A DNA stretch of 64,000 nt from an uncultured Candidatus Saccharibacteria bacterium (GTDB lineage Bacteria; Patescibacteriota; Minisyncoccia; Phycocordibacterales; UBA918): positions 78,316 through 142,315 of the forward strand of contig CAYGJY010000001.1 of NCBI GenBank assembly GCA_964350645.1, in the 5' to 3' direction. Each line of letters opens with the position of its first letter. The first letter of the stretch is position 1. The notes under the pieces are model-generated. The model saw only the letters and a program-made list of their open reading frames with translations, was not told the DNA's origin and did not search any database. Below are positions 58,161 to 64,000 of this stretch, one piece after another. The position numbers and the translations under genes were made by a program.

Positions 58161-59798
58161 ATGGTTGAAAAATTTTTAGGTACTAAGGTCGCACAAGCAC
58201 CAGTCGATGGAGCAAGAGGTGGCGAACAGTACGCTCGTTTTGAAGCTGTCTTTGGAACAGATGAAATGCAGTATTTAGAGTTGCGTGATATTCAGCGCAA
58301 GCTTATTCCAGCAATGCGTAGGCAGCGTGTAGATCGAGTAGTTTTGGCAGTGTATAACGGAGAATCTGAAGAGTTACTGGCCGAGCTTGCAGTTGTAGAT
58401 GATGGCCGCAGTACAACGGTTACCACTGAAGGGGGAGAGGATCTGACATTTTTTTCTAGTAAACCAATGGGCGGAAGGCGACCATCTTTTCGTCAAACCA
58501 CCAAGAAGCCGATTGCCAAATGGCTTCAAGAGACGATGCACTTACGTACTGATGATGTAACTTTCTGTCCGTTCGACCCGTCGGTTGAAGTAGATGAGAT
58601 CGATGACGATGAATCAGATCAGGAGCCTGAAGGTGTAGAACAGGGGCCAGAAAAAAAAGTAAAGAAACCAAAGCGAACACGCCGGCCAATCAGAAGAAAG
58701 AAGACTGATAAGGAAAGAAAAGAGAGAGCCAGTAATAAGGCAGCGGAACAAATAGAAGAGATATTAAATACTTTGAATACTTTATATACAAGTTTAGATG
58801 TCAGAAAAATTAGAGCGCGGGGATTGGATACGAGCCCACTGCAGCAGTTGGGAGTATTTCTGGCTCAAAATCCTGGAATGTTTAACACTGTTGTTGAGCA
58901 ATTACGCAGTGGTAATTATGATCCATTATATAAAGTCATTAGTTTACTTAGAGATCCTTTGATTGTTAAAGGAATTGAGGATGCGATTTCAGAAGCTAAG
59001 CCAAAAGCTGGATACGGAAGCAGGGTGGTCCTACCTCGAGTGGTAAAAACCATGTTGAGCCAATTAAAACGTCTGGCAGCTGAATTACATCCAAACGTTA
59101 GTGTCGATGATCCTGATAGAAATGTTCGTGGGCAGTTTTATGACTACGAAACCAGTAGATCTTTGGAGGCATATCAGAAATTACTTTTCGTAGATCTTGC
59201 TCCAGAAGATATGCTGGCTTACATTAAGGCTGCCAAGAATGAGCGGTGGCTTGACGTTGGTGCAGGAGAAACGTACCGTCAGCCAGATTCGTTCATGAAT
59301 ACCGTAAGAAGTGAGAATCCGACAATTGAGATGAGAGCTGCTGACCCGATGTATGCTGGGGAGGTTGGGCCAGTCGATAAGGCATATGGGCGTGATGAAC
59401 TTGATGAAGAATGGGCAACTAGAAACCATCTAGACCCATATACTGCTCAGAGATTAGCATATGAGGACGCGAGTTTCGATAGAGTTTTTTCATGCTGGGC
59501 ACTCGACAAAACAAGGCTTGATAATGGAGGAGAGCTTCAGGCCTTACTGCAGATTGCACGAATTCTCAAACCCGGTGGTGAAGCGAGATTATTCCCAGTA
59601 AGACCAGAAACAGTAAAACAATACGGTCACGTTTTAATGGTCTATTTTACCATCGAAAATAGGGTAGACAGTATAAATCAGGATACTGGGGAGCTCTTTG
59701 GGTATGGTTTATATCTAAGAAGAAACAACGTCAGCAAATCGTCGGAACGACAACTGACAGATGAGGTGAATCGTTGGCTCAGAGAAAATCCTAAATAA
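58161..59798 (+). CDS. Protein with C-terminal class I SAM-dependent methyltransferase domain
   Basis: WLDVGAG, LAYEDASFDRVFS, RILKPGGE. Confidence 0.75.
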   Translation: MVEKFLGTKVAQAPVDGARGGEQYARFEAVFGTDEMQYLELRDIQRKLIPAMRRQRVDRVVLAVYNGESEELLAELAVVDDGRSTTVTTEGGEDLTFFSSKPMGGRRPSFRQTTKKPIAKWLQETMHLRTDDVTFCPFDPSVEVDEIDDDESDQEPEGVEQGPEKKVKKPKRTRRPIRRKKTDKERKERASNKAAEQIEEILNTLNTLYTSLDVRKIRARGLDTSPLQQLGVFLAQNPGMFNTVVEQLRSGNYDPLYKVISLLRDPLIVKGIEDAISEAKPKAGYGSRVVLPRVVKTMLSQLKRLAAELHPNVSVDDPDRNVRGQFYDYETSRSLEAYQKLLFVDLAPEDMLAYIKAAKNERWLDVGAGETYRQPDSFMNTVRSENPTIEMRAADPMYAGEVGPVDKAYGRDELDEEWATRNHLDPYTAQRLAYEDASFDRVFSCWALDKTRLDNGGELQALLQIARILKPGGEARLFPVRPETVKQYGHVLMVYFTIENRVDSINQDTGELFGYGLYLRRNNVSKSSERQLTDEVNRWLRENPK

Positions 59799-61728
59799 GG
59801 GCAAAGTCAATTTGGCGTTCTTCTAAATCAGCACGGACGAGCTTTACTCGAATCACATCACCGAGAGCAAACGCTTTACCTTTCTTTTCACCCTTTACTT
59901 GGTACTTACTGGCGTCGTGGTTGTAGTAGTCACCCTTGATCGAAGCGAGCTTGATCATTCCTTCAGACATTGATTCCTTTTCAGCTACATAAATACCCCA
60001 GTCAGCGACACCGGTGATAATACCGTCAAATTCTTGGCCGACTTTGTCGAGCATATATTCAACTTGTTTGTATTTGATACTATCGCGCTCAGCTTTGACC
60101 GCTTCCATTTCTCGTTCTGAGGATTGTATGGAAAGCTTTTCGTATTTCATCATTTCTTTAGCGCCGATCGTTGAGCCATCAAGGTGGCGTCGCAGCATGC
60201 GGTGGGCCATGAGGTCGGGGTAGCGACGGATCGGTGACGTAAAGTGGGTATAGAACTTGAAGGCGAGACCAAAGTGTCCGATGTTTTTGGTTGAGTAGAC
60301 GGCCTTGGCCATACTGCGGATGGTAGCGGTTTTTATTAGGTTGGCTTCTGGTTTTCCTTCGATCGATTCGAGGAGTTTGTTGATATCGGTAGCACTGACT
60401 ACGCCCTTATGGGTTTTAAATTCATATCCAAGCGCGTTAAGGAAGATCGAGAGCTCCTCGATCTTGTCAGGGTTAGGAACATCGTGAATCCGGTAGATGA
60501 ACGCTGTATCTTTGCTCTGGTCTTCGCAGAGCTTGTGTACGTAGGTGGCTACGCGTTGGTTAGCGAGGAGCATGAAGTCTTCGATCATCATCATGGTTTC
60601 GGTACGAATTTTGGTGTAGGCACGAAGTGGTGTACCGTTTTCGTCGAGCTCAAAGCGAACTTCAGGTTGTTCAAAAGCGATTGCGCCTGCTGCATAACGC
60701 TTCTTTCGTAGGATACGTCCGAGATCCATCATGGTTGTGAGTTCAGCGAGATTGTCCCCAGAACCAGTATCAAGCACTTCCTGGGCCTCTTCATAGCTGA
60801 AGCGTTTGTCAGAGTGAATAACAGTTTGTCCATACCACTCATTTACGATCTCAGCCTGGGGACTCATTTCGAACACGGCTGAAAAGGCCAGACGGTCGGT
60901 GTTAGGACGAAGCGAACAGAGGTCGTTACTGAGTACCTCGGGAAGCATAGGAATAACGCGGTCAACGAGGTAGATGCTTGTGCCACGGTCACGAGCTTCC
61001 ATGTCAATATGGCCACCTTCAGTGACGTAGTGTGAGACGTCGGCGATATGAATACCAATTGAGTAGTTGCCATTGTCTAGTTTTTCAAACGAAAGAGCAT
61101 CGTCAAAATCTTTGGCATCAACTGGGTCGATAGTCATGGTGGTAATGCCACGCATGTCGCGCCGTTTTGGGTCAGCAATGGCATCTTTGAAAATCTGTTC
61201 TTGGTTTTTGTAGAGTTCTTGTGCTGCTTCTGCGATCTGCGGAACAAATTCTTCTGAGAAACCACCACTTCTAATAATCGCCTGCATTTCAGTTTCGTGG
61301 TCGCCGGCTTTGCCGAGTGTTTCGGTAATAGCCCCAACCGGATCGACGTGTGGGGAAGACCATGAGGTAATCTTGGCAACCACTTTCATTTTAAGGTCAG
61401 CGGCAGTGGCTTCAGGGAGAATTGGTTTAATGTGAATTCGGTAGTTATCGGGTGAAAGATAGTACTGAGCTTTACCTGCGACTTCTTTTTCTTTGACGGT
61501 TCCGATGAACTCGGTGTTGGCTGGCTCGATTACTTGAAGGACTTTACCCTCACGACGCTCGCCTTTTTTTTCTGAGGCAAGCGAGATTTCGACGACGTCG
61601 CCATTGAGAGCGAAGCCAAGGTGATCATTAGGAATAACAATATCTTCAAGGAAGTCTTCAAGGGCAACAAAGCCAGTGCCTTTGCCGCGCACGGCGATGA
61701 CGCCTTGGTAGGTTTTTTCTGTAGTCAT
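59791..61728 (-). CDS. rnr: Ribonuclease R (RNB family)
   Basis: TIDPVDAKDFDDA, HIADVS, HFTSPIRRYPDL, C-terminal S1 domain. Confidence 0.95.
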   Translation of the reverse strand: MTTEKTYQGVIAVRGKGTGFVALEDFLEDIVIPNDHLGFALNGDVVEISLASEKKGERREGKVLQVIEPANTEFIGTVKEKEVAGKAQYYLSPDNYRIHIKPILPEATAADLKMKVVAKITSWSSPHVDPVGAITETLGKAGDHETEMQAIIRSGGFSEEFVPQIAEAAQELYKNQEQIFKDAIADPKRRDMRGITTMTIDPVDAKDFDDALSFEKLDNGNYSIGIHIADVSHYVTEGGHIDMEARDRGTSIYLVDRVIPMLPEVLSNDLCSLRPNTDRLAFSAVFEMSPQAEIVNEWYGQTVIHSDKRFSYEEAQEVLDTGSGDNLAELTTMMDLGRILRKKRYAAGAIAFEQPEVRFELDENGTPLRAYTKIRTETMMMIEDFMLLANQRVATYVHKLCEDQSKDTAFIYRIHDVPNPDKIEELSIFLNALGYEFKTHKGVVSATDINKLLESIEGKPEANLIKTATIRSMAKAVYSTKNIGHFGLAFKFYTHFTSPIRRYPDLMAHRMLRRHLDGSTIGAKEMMKYEKLSIQSSEREMEAVKAERDSIKYKQVEYMLDKVGQEFDGIITGVADWGIYVAEKESMSEGMIKLASIKGDYYNHDASKYQVKGEKKGKAFALGDVIRVKLVRADLEERQIDFALI

Positions 61729-62073
61729 AAAGTGCGCTTACTGTACCTTTTTCAGACTTTATTGACAACAGATACTTTTTATTACTATTCCTAAGAACCA
61801 GCTTCAGGATGTCTTGGCAAATAATGGTCGGATACTATACTAAGTATATTGCTCGGGTGAGCAGTGGGCGAGGTGTCGCCGCGGCGGAATATTGTCTCAA
61901 TTTTTCTGAGATGCCGCGGCGACATTCGTCAAGTTCTTTCTAAAGTTTAGTTTCATTCGTTTGTCCATTTTTGGACGTGTACTCGTTTTGTGTAGTATTG
62001 TTGCCCGCCATGTTTGGTGGGCTTTGCGTTTTATATTGCCAAACTGACCTATTTATAGTATTGTTGCGCGCGT

Positions 62074-62553
62074 ATGTTAATGATGAGATTACAACGAGTC
62101 GGCCGCAAAAACGATCCTAGTTATCGAGTTGTGGTCGTCGATAAGCGGACTGGTCCGAAAAGCAACAAGAACATCGACATTCTTGGGTCGTATAACCCGA
62201 AAATGAATCATGTCCAAATTGATGCTGATCGTGCCAAGGACTGGCTATCAAAGGGTGTGCAGCCTTCAGATACCGTGCACAATATTCTCGTCGGTCAAAA
62301 AGTGATAGAGGGCAAAAAAATTAACGCTCTCCCTAAGAAGTCACCGATTGTAGACGAAGAAGCTGTGAAGAAAGCTGAAGAGGAAGCAGCCGCTAAAGCA
62401 GAGGCAGAAAAAGCCGCTGCCGAAGCACCAGCTGAAGAAGCGTCTACAGACGAAGCTCCAGTAGAAAAAGCAGCGACTGAAGAAGCTCCTGCTGAAGAAG
62501 TTAAAGAAGCAGCCGCTCCAGCAGAGGAAACTCCAGCTGAAGAAGTTAAATAA
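62074..62553 (+). CDS. rpsP: 30S ribosomal protein S16 with acidic extension
   Basis: RLQRVGRK...YRVVV...GSYNP...WLSKGVQPSDTV. Confidence 0.97.
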   Translation: MLMMRLQRVGRKNDPSYRVVVVDKRTGPKSNKNIDILGSYNPKMNHVQIDADRAKDWLSKGVQPSDTVHNILVGQKVIEGKKINALPKKSPIVDEEAVKKAEEEAAAKAEAEKAAAEAPAEEASTDEAPVEKAATEEAPAEEVKEAAAPAEETPAEEVK

Positions 62554-62583
62554 ATTAACGAGCGAAGCGACTATAATTTATCA

Positions 62584-62620
62584 AACAAAAAAGTCGGACA
62601 ATTAGTCCGACTTTTTTGTT
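62584..62620 (+). terminator. Intrinsic terminator
   Basis: aacaaaaaagtcggac / gtccgacttttttgtt inverted repeat. Confidence 0.8.
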
Positions 62621-62715
62621 GACCACCTTACCATTCTCTCGTACTATTATTGGTAGTTCGTTCCAACCATATACTGGTACCGGACGCTTAACAGATAGAT
62701 ACAATAAAACATACT

Positions 62716-63093
62716 ATGGATACGCATGAAGATCAGCAATTTCTAGAAACGGTCGTAAAATCATTAGTAGAATTCCCAGACAGCGTTAAGATCAATCGCA
62801 CCGTTGACGAGATGGGTGTGCTCTTAACACTCGACGTTCACGCTGAGGACATGGGTAAAATTATTGGCCGCAGCGGTAATACAGCAAAGGCAATCCGCAC
62901 CCTACTTCGCGTCGTTGGTATGAAGCACGACGCTCGGGTGAACCTTAAGATCAATGAACCAGAAGGAGGTAAGGGTATGGGAGGTGTTATGTCTGCTGGA
63001 GCTGATAGCTCTGATGACAGCGCAATGGACGCTCCAGGTGAAGCCGCTGAGCCTAAGAGTCTCGACCAGGCCATCGACGACCTCAAAATATAA
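62716..63093 (+). CDS. khpA: KH-domain RNA-binding protein KhpA
   Basis: DMGKIIGRSGNTAKAIRTL; follows rpsP. Confidence 0.92.
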   Translation: MDTHEDQQFLETVVKSLVEFPDSVKINRTVDEMGVLLTLDVHAEDMGKIIGRSGNTAKAIRTLLRVVGMKHDARVNLKINEPEGGKGMGGVMSAGADSSDDSAMDAPGEAAEPKSLDQAIDDLKI

Positions 63094-63236
63094 ATTGACG
63101 AATAGCATCGTCGTTACAAGAAAAACAGCGCTCGCTGGACTACCATGTCCCGCTCGCGCTGTTTTTCTTTAGACTCCTTGCACTTCATTCAATTTCTAGC
63201 TTGAGGAAACCTGAAGATCTAGTTTGAAAATAAAGC

Positions 63237-63274
63237 AGAAAAAGCGTGGCGCCTATCGGCGCCACGCTTTTTCT
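63237..63274 (+). terminator. Terminator hairpin abutting the NUDIX promoter
   Basis: agaaaaagcgtggcgcc / ggcgccacgctttttct inverted repeat. Confidence 0.75.
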
Positions 63275-63291
63275 ATGCTAGGATTTTAAGA

Positions 63292-63723
63292 ATGAAAAAA
63301 GGAATTGATTATACAGGAATAACCGTTTCGTATTACTGTCATGATGGTAAAGGGAATTACGTGATGCATTTGCGTGGGGAAAAATGCAGAGATGAAAATG
63401 GCCGCTGGGATTGCGGTGGGGGCAGCGTAAAATTTGGAGAAAAATTAGATGATGCGGTGCGACGTGAAATTAAAGAAGAATTTGGTGCTGATATAATCTC
63501 ACAAAAGCAGATTGGTGTTGACGAGGTATTTCGTGAGCATAATGGCGTCAAAACACATTGGATTGCTTTCCGCTTTGTAGTTGAAGTTGATCCGAAGACG
63601 GTATATAACGCAGAACCGGAAAAGCATGATGATTTGCAGTGGTTTAGACTCGATAATTTACCGTCGCCACTTCATTCGCAATTTGAAAAGGAGCTTGAGA
63701 AATCTAAAAAATACTTACTATGA
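63292..63723 (+). CDS. NUDIX hydrolase
   Basis: [23 protein letters not shown] Nudix box. Confidence 0.92.
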   Translation: MKKGIDYTGITVSYYCHDGKGNYVMHLRGEKCRDENGRWDCGGGSVKFGEKLDDAVRREIKEEFGADIISQKQIGVDEVFREHNGVKTHWIAFRFVVEVDPKTVYNAEPEKHDDLQWFRLDNLPSPLHSQFEKELEKSKKYLL

Positions 63724-64000
63724 ATTTCCACGTCATCACCCTATTTCCAGAAGTCTGCCAAGCGTACACGGACGCGAGTGTTTTGGGGCGGGCGCAAAAG
63801 ACTGAGAAAGGCATGGGGGCGAAAGTCCGCGGTAAAAAAATGACGGTCAGTTATTACAATCCGCGCGACTTCTCAAAAAACAAACACAAAAAAGTTGATG
63901 ATCGTCCGTATGGTGGTGGACCGGGAATGGTGATGGCCGTAGAGCCAGTGGTCAAAGCCTGGGAGAAAGCAGTGGGGCGAAAAAAGGACCAAAAAAAGAT
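63720..64000 (+). CDS. trmD: tRNA (guanine37-N1)-methyltransferase, 3'-truncated by the window
   Basis: [11 protein letters not shown]...NPRDF...[14 protein letters not shown]; ATG overlaps the NUDIX stop codon. Confidence 0.95.
   Translation, partial: MNFHVITLFPEVCQAYTDASVLGRAQKTEKGMGAKVRGKKMTVSYYNPRDFSKNKHKKVDDRPYGGGPGMVMAVEPVVKAWEKAVGRKKDQKK

Overview
Chromosomal segment of a small-genome bacterium, inferred to be Patescibacteria/CPR (Parcubacteria-like) using genetic code 11. The inference rests on trimmed PheRS/ThrRS/SMC, a split transketolase, scattered class III pilins, a sortase with a VPYTG substrate and no biosynthetic genes in the window. Core content: gap-rpiB-rpe-tktN-tktC, a PfkB kinase, rplY, rpmE, prfA, rpsB-tsf, tRNA-Thr(UGU), pheST, gyrB, thrS, dnaE, rnhB, rpmF-nusB-rnc, smc, rnr, rpsP-khpA-NUDIX-trmD (partial). 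Surface content: two giant modular SGNH-esterase/adhesin genes sharing an identical 579-bp 3' end, a WxL/DUF916-like four-gene cluster, a sortase with a Cys-rich substrate, three pilins and two lytic transglycosylases. The most interesting signals are regulatory and non-coding. (1) There appear to be two gene-expression grammars: housekeeping genes are mostly SD-less with a -10 box 6-12 nt before the start codon, while dispersed orphan cassettes have strong SD sites, hairpin-rich leaders and often a boxA-like motif; the largest is a GC-rich two-gene island behind a ~390-nt structured leader. (2) thrS has a T-box with an ultra-short Stem I showing ACC in a terminal loop, followed by an interlocked three-helix element. 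(3) The 3' half of tRNA-Thr is duplicated across a structured 71-nt spacer. (4) Two tandem pilin genes each sit behind a covarying hairpin-promoter module. No integrase, reverse transcriptase, transposase or CRISPR array was seen. All domain calls come from reading motifs by eye, not from database searches.
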